Part shown: in pieces, positions 49,742 to 58,566 of the stretch | How the letters are laid out: every line of letters starts with the position of its first letter | Position numbering within the stretch: position 1 is the stretch's first letter | NCBI GenBank assembly: GCA_964402965.1 | Contig: CAYODY010000001.1 | Span: 72,002 to 136,001, forward strand | Reading direction: 5' to 3' | DNA from: an uncultured Candidatus Saccharibacteria bacterium | GTDB taxonomy: Bacteria; Patescibacteriota; Doudnabacteria; UBA920 | DNA: 64,000 bases | Notes under the pieces: model-generated | The model's database searches: none | What the model was told of the DNA's origin: nothing | What the model saw: only the letters and a program-made list of their open reading frames with translations | Position numbers and translations under genes: made by a program

Positions 49742-50908
49742 TTAAATTGGCAAATTCGATGGCGGTTGAATTTTCTTAGCTTCTACAGATTCAACTGAAG
49801 GATTGACTATGTCTGAAGTAACAGGGAAATGGAATAGTGTTGCTAGTTCTTCTGAGTTAAGTATAAACGATGGATCACCAATCCACATAGTCCTAGCTTT
49901 GAAAGCTTTAAAAATATCTATTTTTCTTTGTCTCACCCAATAGTTAATATATGGCGCTTCTAAAGATGCAGAAATTCTATATTGTAGTTTAGGCGAAAAA
50001 GTAGGCCTAAAACCATTTAAATTAGTTGAGCTGAATATCTTCATAGGGCTAAGTAACATCTTTTTTGCGTCTGAATTAAAGACGTCTTTGCTACCCATGT
50101 GAAGTACTCTGATCTTTGTATCAAAGCAAGGTTTCCCTATTTTAGTTTTAATGCCTGTGATTTGAAGTTTGGTGATGTCATCCAACTGTTGGAAGTCTTT
50201 TTCTGCAGATAGTTTTTCAACAAGTTCTTTTCCTTCACTATTAAGCGCTCCGTCTGCAACTGGACGAATAATAATTTGTAGTGCATAAAACTCATTTTGG
50301 TCCAAACGAGTAAACACTTCTAATAAAGGAATTAGCGGATCCAAAACTTTCTCGCTGGCATCTGGACCTTTTAAACTAATGAATTCTTTGTAAGTGCGGA
50401 TTGGAATACTTTGCGGAGCGGTTAATGTAAATTCTGAACCGAATAAATCGTACTTGTTATCGTCTGGGTCATAATCAAAATGTGCTAAATAGTCTTCAAT
50501 TTCGTTAATTTCTATGTGAGGATAGTTTGCATAGAAAGACGCTTCAACAAGCTGTCTCTGTTTTTTAGGAACTCTCAGTACAAAAGAAATCGTACCTCCT
50601 AAGCTGACAATTTCCAACGATAGCCAAAACATAACTCTTCCTTCAAGGTATTTTTCTTGAGGACTCCAATTGTCAAAAAGCATGTGCAATTGGTGGAAAA
50701 TTTGTTCTGCGTTGGCATAGCTAGTTAAGTTTTCCTTCGGCGCTTTGATTTCCAAAAAGACCCATTCTATAGTTTGTTTGTAGTTTTCTTGGATTTCGTT
50801 CATGTACAACTTGTACAGTATGACAATGGCTAGAACAACAAAAACAGCCCATCCACCATGAGCTATTATCCACCATACAATATTTAGAATTTGAATTACT
50901 GAGTCCAT
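49742..50908 (-). CDS. hypothetical membrane protein partner of the T4CP-like ATPase
   Basis: 388 aa with an N-terminal hydrophobic anchor (ILNIVWWIIAHGGWAVFVVLAIVILY) and no recognisable motif. Sits 13 nt upstream of the ATPase gene. Confidence 0.4.
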   Translation of the reverse strand: MDSVIQILNIVWWIIAHGGWAVFVVLAIVILYKLYMNEIQENYKQTIEWVFLEIKAPKENLTSYANAEQIFHQLHMLFDNWSPQEKYLEGRVMFWLSLEIVSLGGTISFVLRVPKKQRQLVEASFYANYPHIEINEIEDYLAHFDYDPDDNKYDLFGSEFTLTAPQSIPIRTYKEFISLKGPDASEKVLDPLIPLLEVFTRLDQNEFYALQIIIRPVADGALNSEGKELVEKLSAEKDFQQLDDITKLQITGIKTKIGKPCFDTKIRVLHMGSKDVFNSDAKKMLLSPMKIFSSTNLNGFRPTFSPKLQYRISASLEAPYINYWVRQRKIDIFKAFKARTMWIGDPSFILNSEELATLFHFPVTSDIVNPSVESVEAKKIQPPSNLPI

Positions 50909-50968
50909 GAAATTTTCTTTTTGTTTTAATTTCTAGTCTAACGCGGAATTAAGAATTTAAATTAGATT

Positions 50969-52087
50969 TTAGATTGCTTCGTATAGATTCTTACCAACTT
51001 TTTTAACTAATTTCTTGTTAGATAATCCTACCAAGATAGTATTGGTTTTTACCATGCGACGTTCCAAAACTTTCTCTATAATTTCTTCTCGAGTAAGAGG
51101 TTTGCCAGCATCTTTTAAGACGTTTACTATGATGTCAGACACAACTCCTGGTTTGTAACCCCATTCGGAAAGTGCATAAATTCCGCGTCCAACCAATACA
51201 AAACGTTTATCTTTAATAAGTTTATTATGAACTGTTTCTTTGTATGCTGTTCTCTTATCTAAACCGTTTTGGTTAATGAGTTCTGTGATTTTTGAGTAAT
51301 GTTCTGGTTTACCATGATGCTTCATCACCAAGTAAGCTTTATCTCCCACATCTTTAGGACGAATTTCATTCCAATGCTGTAATCCAAATTCGCCAAATGG
51401 ATTTTTGTGAATTCCAGTTGCAGTTTGCAAATAATTTAAAATAACGCGTTCAGGAAGTTTTTCTTGGTACTTCTTAAAGAACTCAGATTCCATGAATTTT
51501 TCAATAAATTCATCTGGTTGCAATGGTTTACCGTGATTTTCAAGTAAGGATTTAGTAGTTGTAATGAATTCTGTTAAAAATTCTTTATCAAAACCAAGAT
51601 GTGACCAAGATTGCTTCATGTGTTCATCTGCACCATGTTCTTCAAGTTCAGCCATTAAAGTAAGCAGGAATTTTAGTGCATTTACATCTTCATCTGAGTT
51701 TGCACCTAAGTGACCCATTAAAGTAGATTCGGCCATGATTCCGCCGTGCTCTGAGATAGTAGTAAGCAATAAATCACGCGCAGCCAAAAAAGAATCCAAT
51801 TGTTGGACACCACGTTTTAAGTTCTTCAAAAGATCTTTTTCAATCTGACGAACACGTTCTCGTGTTAAACCTTGCTCTTCACCAACTGTTTTTAGTGTTT
51901 GCATTTCTTCACCGGAAAGACCATAACGCTTAGAAAGAATCGTTTTTTCACGATCTTTTAGGGGGTCTAAAATCTTACCGATAATAAGGTTTAGCTCAAA
52001 TTGTTGCAAAGATTCCTTTTGATGGGAGTCGATGATTGTGTCTAAAATACCCATAATAAACCGATTATAACATAGATTTTGAACCAT
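50969..52087 (-). CDS. sigma-70 region-4-like HTH protein with two C-terminal HARE-HTH-like winged-helix modules (putative regulator)
   Basis: ILSKRYGLSGEEMQTLKTVGEEQGLTRERVRQIEKDLLKNL is a sigma region 4.2-type HTH. AYLVMKHHGKPEHYSKITELINQNGL...RFVLVGRGIYALSEW, and again IIVNVLKDAGKPLTREEIIEKVLE...LVKKVGKNLYEAI, resemble HARE-HTH domains. Confidence 0.5.
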   Translation of the reverse strand: MVQNLCYNRFIMGILDTIIDSHQKESLQQFELNLIIGKILDPLKDREKTILSKRYGLSGEEMQTLKTVGEEQGLTRERVRQIEKDLLKNLKRGVQQLDSFLAARDLLLTTISEHGGIMAESTLMGHLGANSDEDVNALKFLLTLMAELEEHGADEHMKQSWSHLGFDKEFLTEFITTTKSLLENHGKPLQPDEFIEKFMESEFFKKYQEKLPERVILNYLQTATGIHKNPFGEFGLQHWNEIRPKDVGDKAYLVMKHHGKPEHYSKITELINQNGLDKRTAYKETVHNKLIKDKRFVLVGRGIYALSEWGYKPGVVSDIIVNVLKDAGKPLTREEIIEKVLERRMVKTNTILVGLSNKKLVKKVGKNLYEAI

Positions 52088-52171
52088 GTCAAACTATGTG
52101 GGATAATAAAAAAATGCTACCTCTGGGTAAGTTGAGGTGGCATTTTTTATGCTTGAAAATTACTAAATTGA

Positions 52172-53065
52172 TTATTTGCGTTTACGATTTGACCAGTTTT
52201 GCCATAGAACCAAAATTGGAGATGCAACGAAGATTGAAGAGTAAGTTCCAGCTGCAATACCTATGAACAAAGCTAATACAAAGTATCGAATAGTTTCACC
52301 ACCGAACAGTAGCATTGCAAGAAGTACAAATAATACTGTTAAACTAGTATTTAATGAACGAACTAAAGTTTGTGAAATACTATGATTAACAATAAAATCT
52401 AAAGGTTGTCCAGCGTATACTTTCAAATTTTCTCTAATACGGTCAAATACAATAATTGTGTCGTGAACTGAGAAACCAAGAACTGTTAACATGGCTGTTA
52501 CGAATAAGCTATCAATTTCTATTCCGTAGAAATGACCAAGGAGTGAGAATATACCAATTACGATTAGTAAGTCGTGAATTAAAGCAATGATCGCAGCAAC
52601 TCCGAACTGTAACGGTGTAAGTGGTCTTGCTACTTTACGGAAAGCGTATGCAATGTACAAAATGATACCAATTGAAACTAAGATTAACTGGTAAATCGCC
52701 TTTTGCTTAAGCTCTTGTCCTATTACAGGGCCAATAGAGTCAAACTTTTTTTCAGTGAAATCCCCTACTTTAGCACGAATGTTAGTGGTAACTTTATCAT
52801 AATCCGCTTTGTTTAGGTTTTCTGTGCGGATAATTAGACCACGAGTTCCTGTGCTTTGTAGTTGAAAGTTTTTTATTCCTTCTTCAGAAATAACTGTCTT
52901 AACATCATTTTGATTGAAGTCTTGTTGGAATTCTATTTCAGTTACAATCCCGCCTTTGAAATCAATTCCAAATCTTAGACCAAAGATAGCTAAAGAAAGA
53001 ACTCCGAAAATAAGAATGATTCCTGAAAGCGCAAAGAGATATTTGTAGTAATTAAGTATTTTCAT
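52172..53065 (-). CDS. secF: protein translocase subunit SecF
   Basis: 6-TM SecF topology with a conserved C-terminal half. 297 aa. Adjacent to secD. Confidence 0.88.
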   Translation of the reverse strand: MKILNYYKYLFALSGIILIFGVLSLAIFGLRFGIDFKGGIVTEIEFQQDFNQNDVKTVISEEGIKNFQLQSTGTRGLIIRTENLNKADYDKVTTNIRAKVGDFTEKKFDSIGPVIGQELKQKAIYQLILVSIGIILYIAYAFRKVARPLTPLQFGVAAIIALIHDLLIVIGIFSLLGHFYGIEIDSLFVTAMLTVLGFSVHDTIIVFDRIRENLKVYAGQPLDFIVNHSISQTLVRSLNTSLTVLFVLLAMLLFGGETIRYFVLALFIGIAAGTYSSIFVASPILVLWQNWSNRKRK

Positions 53066-53066
53066 T

Positions 53067-54557
53067 TTATTTCTCTATTTCCTTTCTCATGCTAACCCCG
53101 AATAACCAAGGGTGAGACAAAACTTTAGCAGTGACAAATAATTTTAATAATGTGCGAGTAATAGTAATGGCGGTGAACATGGAAATGATAATACCAATCG
53201 CCAAAGTAACTGCGAATCCTTTAATAGATGGAGTACCGAACATGTAAAGAATCAGAGTTGTAATTAAGCTTGAGACGTTTGAGTCACGAATTGAAAGCCA
53301 AGCTCGAGCAAATCCATCATCAATAGCTTTATTAATGTCTTTTCCAGCGTGCATTTCTTCTTTTAGACGTTCGAAGATAAGGATATTAGCGTCTACAGCC
53401 ATACCAATAGATAGAATGAATCCAGCAATACCAGCAAGTGTAATTGTTACAGGAGAAACACCATTGAATAACATTAATAGGAAATAACTGAGTAGTGCAA
53501 GTAATCCAAACCATCGGCTGACTGTGAGTCCCAGTAAGAAAAATACACCAACTAGTATTACGGCTGTGATTGAAATTCCAACCTTAAATATAGCGACGGA
53601 CATAAGTACGTAAATGATCAAGGCAAATATTGCTAACAATCCTGGAAAACGGTAGTTTGCAATCATAAATATTGCAATTAACAATAATCCAATTAAACCA
53701 GCAATGATAGATTTATCGATAGATTCTTTACCTAAAGATGCCCCAACATTTTGTTGAGATACAAGTTCAATAGGTACTGGAAGTGCTCCTGAATTCAATC
53801 TTGTAGCTAATTCTTTAGCAGTGTCTGATGTAAAGTTACCTGTAATAACCGCTTCTCCATTTGTAATTGCACTTTGAACAGTTGGAGCACTAATTATTTT
53901 GTTGTCCAAAAAGATAGCTACCTGTTTGCCAATGTTTGCAGAGGTGATATCTCCAAAGAGTTTTGTACCTTCTTCATCAAAGAATAGACGAATTACAAAC
54001 TGTCCGCTTAGAGAACTTGTTGTTTGTTGCACGTCTGCGCTAGCTTTCTTAAGTTGTTTACCTGTTAAACCAGTTTGTTCCCAAACTCCATTTGGATCTA
54101 CTACAACTTTTCCATCTGGTCCAATCGTAGCGTTTTGTGCTTTAGAAGGATCGCCTTGAGTTTTGAATTCAAGTAACGGAGTTTGTCCAATTAGTTCAAT
54201 TGCTTTATTTACATCTGAAATTCCTGGAAGTTCAACCACGATTTGGTCATTTCCTTGAATTTGTACTAATGGTTCAGATACACCAAAACTGTTTACGCGG
54301 CGTTCAATTGTGTCGCGGACTGAGTTTAGTGCATCTTTTTGGTCACCTTGTGCAACATCTTTAAAGTTTGCTTTGTACACTAAGTGTGAACCACCTTGCA
54401 AATCTAACCCCAAATGAGTTGAAAACTCTTTTTTGTAGTTGATTTTTAACTTGTTTAGATCTATTCGGCTTCCATTTGGCCAAACAATCCATGCTGCGGC
54501 TAGGGCAATAAGTCCAATTCCTGCAAGCATTAGTACTTTCGTCAATATTGGTTTCAT
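53067..54557 (-). CDS. secD: protein translocase subunit SecD
   Basis: N-terminal TM, a large periplasmic domain, and six C-terminal TMs with conserved SecD blocks. 496 aa. Confidence 0.88.
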   Translation of the reverse strand: MKPILTKVLMLAGIGLIALAAAWIVWPNGSRIDLNKLKINYKKEFSTHLGLDLQGGSHLVYKANFKDVAQGDQKDALNSVRDTIERRVNSFGVSEPLVQIQGNDQIVVELPGISDVNKAIELIGQTPLLEFKTQGDPSKAQNATIGPDGKVVVDPNGVWEQTGLTGKQLKKASADVQQTTSSLSGQFVIRLFFDEEGTKLFGDITSANIGKQVAIFLDNKIISAPTVQSAITNGEAVITGNFTSDTAKELATRLNSGALPVPIELVSQQNVGASLGKESIDKSIIAGLIGLLLIAIFMIANYRFPGLLAIFALIIYVLMSVAIFKVGISITAVILVGVFFLLGLTVSRWFGLLALLSYFLLMLFNGVSPVTITLAGIAGFILSIGMAVDANILIFERLKEEMHAGKDINKAIDDGFARAWLSIRDSNVSSLITTLILYMFGTPSIKGFAVTLAIGIIISMFTAITITRTLLKLFVTAKVLSHPWLFGVSMRKEIEK

Positions 54558-54595
54558 GCGGTAAATTATTTAATTTCTACAGTATTATAGCTAGG

Positions 54596-57202
54596 TTATG
54601 CCGATTTTGCAATTGATTTCAGGAAATTCTTAACATCCTTTTTATCAGTTTCTTTCCATTTAGATTTTATGGCTATTTGTTCAAGCACCTGCTTAATTGC
54701 CCTATTTGCCACAGGAACAGGATTCTTTTTAAAGAACGCTTCAATTTCTTTTCTGGTTTTTATATCGGAAAAACTAGAGAGTGCCTCAACCACCCAAACT
54801 ATTAATCGTTCCTCTCTGTAAATTTCATGGATAGTTTTCCAATTTCTCCTTAGCCATTTCCATGCAACTTCCTTGTTTTGCGAATTGCTTAGAGCTGAGA
54901 ACATTAAAATTGGAGCATCTTGTTTACGAACATTTTTAGACAGAATAAAATCCAAATTTTTTAAGAATATTTCTTCCTTTTCGAAAGTTACCATAGCTCT
55001 TCCTATTCTACGTTGTTCTTCTTGCATATGTGAAGATGTGTACATTTGCCTTAACTCTTTAGATATACTCTGGTGACCATTTTTTGCAGTTAGTAAATAT
55101 ACTGTGTTTTTTAAGTCGGGGTGAATTGTTTTTTTGTTCCTGGATTTAAATAGCTGTAGGGATTTTTTAATAGTATTTTTATTTCCATATGAACCGTAAT
55201 GAAACAGAATGATTGAACGCAATTGTGTTTCCATTTGTGTTTCTTTCGGTTTTACTTCCCAGCCTACTCTATTTGCCATCGGTTTTAGAAATGCCAAATA
55301 GTAATTCGACAACTGCTCTTTCAGTTTTGAATCGGTTGCATAGAGATTATAGATTTCAGACATGCCAGACAATATTTCAGTCCAAATAATATAGCTATCT
55401 TCATCTTGGTACGCTTTGATAAATTCTAAATATGCGGATGTAGCAACTTTCCCTGATTTTACCATAGCCATTAGGTCACGGATTACACCGAAACGATCGA
55501 CAGTGCTTAATTCTTGAGTTCTAATTGGCTCGTACAATTTAGCTAATAGACTTGGGCTATACAGAGTCCGGTAAAATCCAGTTTCACTCACATTGGCTTT
55601 AAAGTATGGTAAGTCATTTGGAATTGTTACGACTGATTTTTCTTTGGTTAGTAAGTTATTAGTTAACGATTCATTTTGAAATGGTATTTGCCAAGTAGTA
55701 TTATCTTTGGTTTTTTCTAATGTGAATCTTTCTTGTATTACATCAATTTTTGAATTCGAGGTTTTAGAAGTATTTTCAACAATAGCCAAAAATGGATACC
55801 CTTCTTTTTCAGTCCAATTCTTCATAAACTTTCTAATTGGTTTCCCTGAGATTTTTTCAAAAGATTCCCAAAGATGTATTGACGACGTATTTTTGTAAGA
55901 TTGGCTCTTTAAGTAATGGCGTAATCCATCTCTAAAATTCTCTGGACCTATGTAGTTTTGCAACATTCTTAAAACGCTTGCACCTTTGTCGTAGCTAATA
56001 GCATCAAAAATTTCATCAATCTCACTAGGATGATGAACTTCAACTTCAATAGGATGTGTACTCCTAAGGCTATCTAACTCTAAAGCTGTATTATGGTCGT
56101 GAAGTACAAACCTTGTCCAAATTTTCCACTCTGGAAAAATGCTATCTAAAACAATATACGACATGAAAGAAGCAAAACTTTCATTCAACCAAAGATGTGT
56201 CCACCACTCCATAGTAACTAAGTTGCCAAACCATTGATGCACTAGTTCATGGGCAATTGTTTCTGCTACTTGTTGTTTATTGGAAAACGGAGTGTGCATT
56301 TCTTCAACTAATAACGCAGACTCGCGAAATGTTACAGCTCCCCAATTTTCCATTGCACCAGCAGCGAAGTCTGGGATTGCTATTAAATCTAATACAGGTA
56401 ATGGGTATGGGATAGCGAAATATTCTTCAAGAAAATCCAAACTTTTCTTAGCTACTTCTAACGCAAATTTTGTTTGTTTAGACTTACCTGGAGTTGTAAA
56501 AACTCTAATAGTCACACCGTTTTTAGTCTTTGATTCTACACTTTCAAATTCTCCAACCATGTATGCAAGTAAGTAGGTAGACATTTTTGGAGTTGGAGCG
56601 AATTTCACAACTTTGTAGTTACTGTTGTGATCTACTCCTTCTGGCGTTGGGCTAATTGTTTGGACAGAAGACTCAACTGTATTAGAAATAGCAGTTAGAT
56701 GATTTGGAACCTCTAAAGTCAGCTCGAAAACAGCTTTATGCGAAGGTTCATCAAAACAAGGAAAAGCTTTGCGTGCATCTGTAGGTTCAAATTGGGTTGT
56801 AATTATATGTTGAACTTTACCTTTGTGAGAATACTTACTTCTATAAAAACCAGATAAGTCTTCTGTAATTATGCCTCGGAAATTTAAGTGTAATTCACCA
56901 GCACCTTTTGGAATTTCTTTTTGAAACTTTAACGTCACAGTTTCTGATTTAGTGTCATAGGAAATTTTTGCAATTTCTATTTTAGTAGCTTTTTTATTTT
57001 TACTAAATTGCCAAAATCCATCTAAAATTTCTATGGTTTTACAATGCAGAGAAATCTGTTTAACACTCTTACCTATTTCCACATGCACAATTTCAGAACC
57101 AGAAAAAGTAAACGACTCCATGTCCGGACGAATAGAAAGTTGATAGAAACTTGGTTTAATGAAATTTGGTAATCTTACTTTGTTTATGTTCTTTGCCTGC
57201 AT
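54596..57202 (-). CDS. pepN: aminopeptidase N (M1 family zinc metallopeptidase)
   Basis: GAMENWG exopeptidase motif and HELVHQWFGNLVTMEWW...E zinc-binding motif. 868 aa. Confidence 0.9.
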   Translation of the reverse strand: MQAKNINKVRLPNFIKPSFYQLSIRPDMESFTFSGSEIVHVEIGKSVKQISLHCKTIEILDGFWQFSKNKKATKIEIAKISYDTKSETVTLKFQKEIPKGAGELHLNFRGIITEDLSGFYRSKYSHKGKVQHIITTQFEPTDARKAFPCFDEPSHKAVFELTLEVPNHLTAISNTVESSVQTISPTPEGVDHNSNYKVVKFAPTPKMSTYLLAYMVGEFESVESKTKNGVTIRVFTTPGKSKQTKFALEVAKKSLDFLEEYFAIPYPLPVLDLIAIPDFAAGAMENWGAVTFRESALLVEEMHTPFSNKQQVAETIAHELVHQWFGNLVTMEWWTHLWLNESFASFMSYIVLDSIFPEWKIWTRFVLHDHNTALELDSLRSTHPIEVEVHHPSEIDEIFDAISYDKGASVLRMLQNYIGPENFRDGLRHYLKSQSYKNTSSIHLWESFEKISGKPIRKFMKNWTEKEGYPFLAIVENTSKTSNSKIDVIQERFTLEKTKDNTTWQIPFQNESLTNNLLTKEKSVVTIPNDLPYFKANVSETGFYRTLYSPSLLAKLYEPIRTQELSTVDRFGVIRDLMAMVKSGKVATSAYLEFIKAYQDEDSYIIWTEILSGMSEIYNLYATDSKLKEQLSNYYLAFLKPMANRVGWEVKPKETQMETQLRSIILFHYGSYGNKNTIKKSLQLFKSRNKKTIHPDLKNTVYLLTAKNGHQSISKELRQMYTSSHMQEEQRRIGRAMVTFEKEEIFLKNLDFILSKNVRKQDAPILMFSALSNSQNKEVAWKWLRRNWKTIHEIYREERLIVWVVEALSSFSDIKTRKEIEAFFKKNPVPVANRAIKQVLEQIAIKSKWKETDKKDVKNFLKSIAKSA

Positions 57203-57774
57203 TATTGTTTTAAAATTAATTTTTGAAGTTTTTTAAAATCTTTGAAAATAGTTTCGCGAAGTTTCGGAGAATACAACGGCGCTGCTGGATGATAACTTAG
57301 AAAGTATGTTCGCCCTGTTTCAGTTAAAGTAGTGCCATGTTTTTCACTAATAGAAACTTTTTGTTGGAATAACGAAATGGCAGAAGTATTGCCCAAGACA
57401 ACAACTATCTTTGGTTTTATTACTTCAAGTTGTTTTTCTAAATGTATTTTGCCGTGGGAAATATCTTTCTCTTTAGGTGTCGTATAATTTTTTGGTAAAT
57501 ATTTTACGGCACTGGTGATAAAAACATCTTCTGGTTTTAAGCCAATACTAGCAATGAGTTCACGAAGGAGTTTTCCTGCTCTACCAACAAATGGACGACC
57601 AGTTTTGATTTCTTCTTTACCTGGGGCTTCACCGATGAACACAATCTTTGAGTTTGCACTCCCCTCCCCAGGAACGAGTAAGCCTTGCTTTTCTTTAAGA
57701 CAAATTTTGCAAGTCAAAATTTCTGCTTTAACAGAATTTAATTGTACAGTTTTCTTGCTCATTTTGTTAATCAA
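57202..57774 (-). CDS. uracil-DNA glycosylase, family 4 (Fe-S type)
   Basis: N-terminal Cys cluster (CKIC...) and GEAPG motif (IVFIGEAPGKEE), FVGRAGKLL. 190 aa. Confidence 0.8.
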   Translation of the reverse strand: MINKMSKKTVQLNSVKAEILTCKICLKEKQGLLVPGEGSANSKIVFIGEAPGKEEIKTGRPFVGRAGKLLRELIASIGLKPEDVFITSAVKYLPKNYTTPKEKDISHGKIHLEKQLEVIKPKIVVVLGNTSAISLFQQKVSISEKHGTTLTETGRTYFLSYHPAAPLYSPKLRETIFKDFKKLQKLILKQ

Positions 57775-57802
57775 TTCAAACTTACTTGCCTAGCTAAAAA
57801 AT

Positions 57803-58345
57803 TTAGCTAACAAGTTTTGCTACTCCATTTGCTAATTGTTTTTCTGCAATATTTGCAAGTGAACGGTTGGAAAATTTTATCTCTTGACCCCATTCGTTTA
57901 TTTCTATAACAATAGCGGAATGATTTTCATTTTTTTGCTCTTTAAATAGAACGTCCTTACTTTGTAAGCCCTGTTTAATGTTTTCTAAATCTTCAACTAA
58001 AATTTCAATATGATCTATTAGGTCGTGAGTTGTAGCAATCGCGTCAGGTTTCGGCTCCATTATTTCTAGGGTTGAAACTGCTCCAAAGTTACCTGCGTCT
58101 AAACGTTCATTTAATTCTGCAATAGCAATGAAGCGAGGACCAACTTGTTCTTCAGAAAGTCTTTTGCAAAGAGGTTTATAGAGGTCTAAATATTGCTTGT
58201 AAACCTCTGTGTTTAAAGCTTTTACTGCAACATGATCAATTGGGACGTCGACTACTAAATTAGCTAAACCATATGAATAAAAAAACAGCTTAGCTTCTTC
58301 AGCATAATCTAAAAGTAATTTTTGTAGTCTATCTGGGTCTATCAT
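57803..58345 (-). CDS. hypothetical protein (possible VOC/glyoxalase-like fold)
   Basis: 180 aa, no strong motif. HVAVKA...HIEILVEDLE is weakly VOC-like. Confidence 0.3.
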   Translation of the reverse strand: MIDPDRLQKLLLDYAEEAKLFFYSYGLANLVVDVPIDHVAVKALNTEVYKQYLDLYKPLCKRLSEEQVGPRFIAIAELNERLDAGNFGAVSTLEIMEPKPDAIATTHDLIDHIEILVEDLENIKQGLQSKDVLFKEQKNENHSAIVIEINEWGQEIKFSNRSLANIAEKQLANGVAKLVS

Positions 58346-58351
58346 TTTTTA

Positions 58352-58561
58352 TTATTCTTCGCGGATAAGTTCAAATCGAGAAGTTGTTTTGCCGTCCACC
58401 TCGACATTTTCGGTAAACATTTTCATGGGTCTCACCCACAAATCCATTTCTCCGTACATGGCCTGGTACACCACGAGTTCTTCGAGTGTTTCGGAATGTT
58501 TTGCCACCCCCAAAACTTTGTATTCATTTCCTTTGTAGTGTTTATAGATTCCAAGCTTCAT
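58352..58561 (-). CDS. DUF1653 family protein
   Basis: GIYKHYKGNEYKVLGVAKHSETLEELVVYQAMYGEMDLWVRPMKMF matches the DUF1653 consensus. 69 aa. Confidence 0.7.
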   Translation of the reverse strand: MKLGIYKHYKGNEYKVLGVAKHSETLEELVVYQAMYGEMDLWVRPMKMFTENVEVDGKTTSRFELIREE

Positions 58562-58566
58562 CTTGT

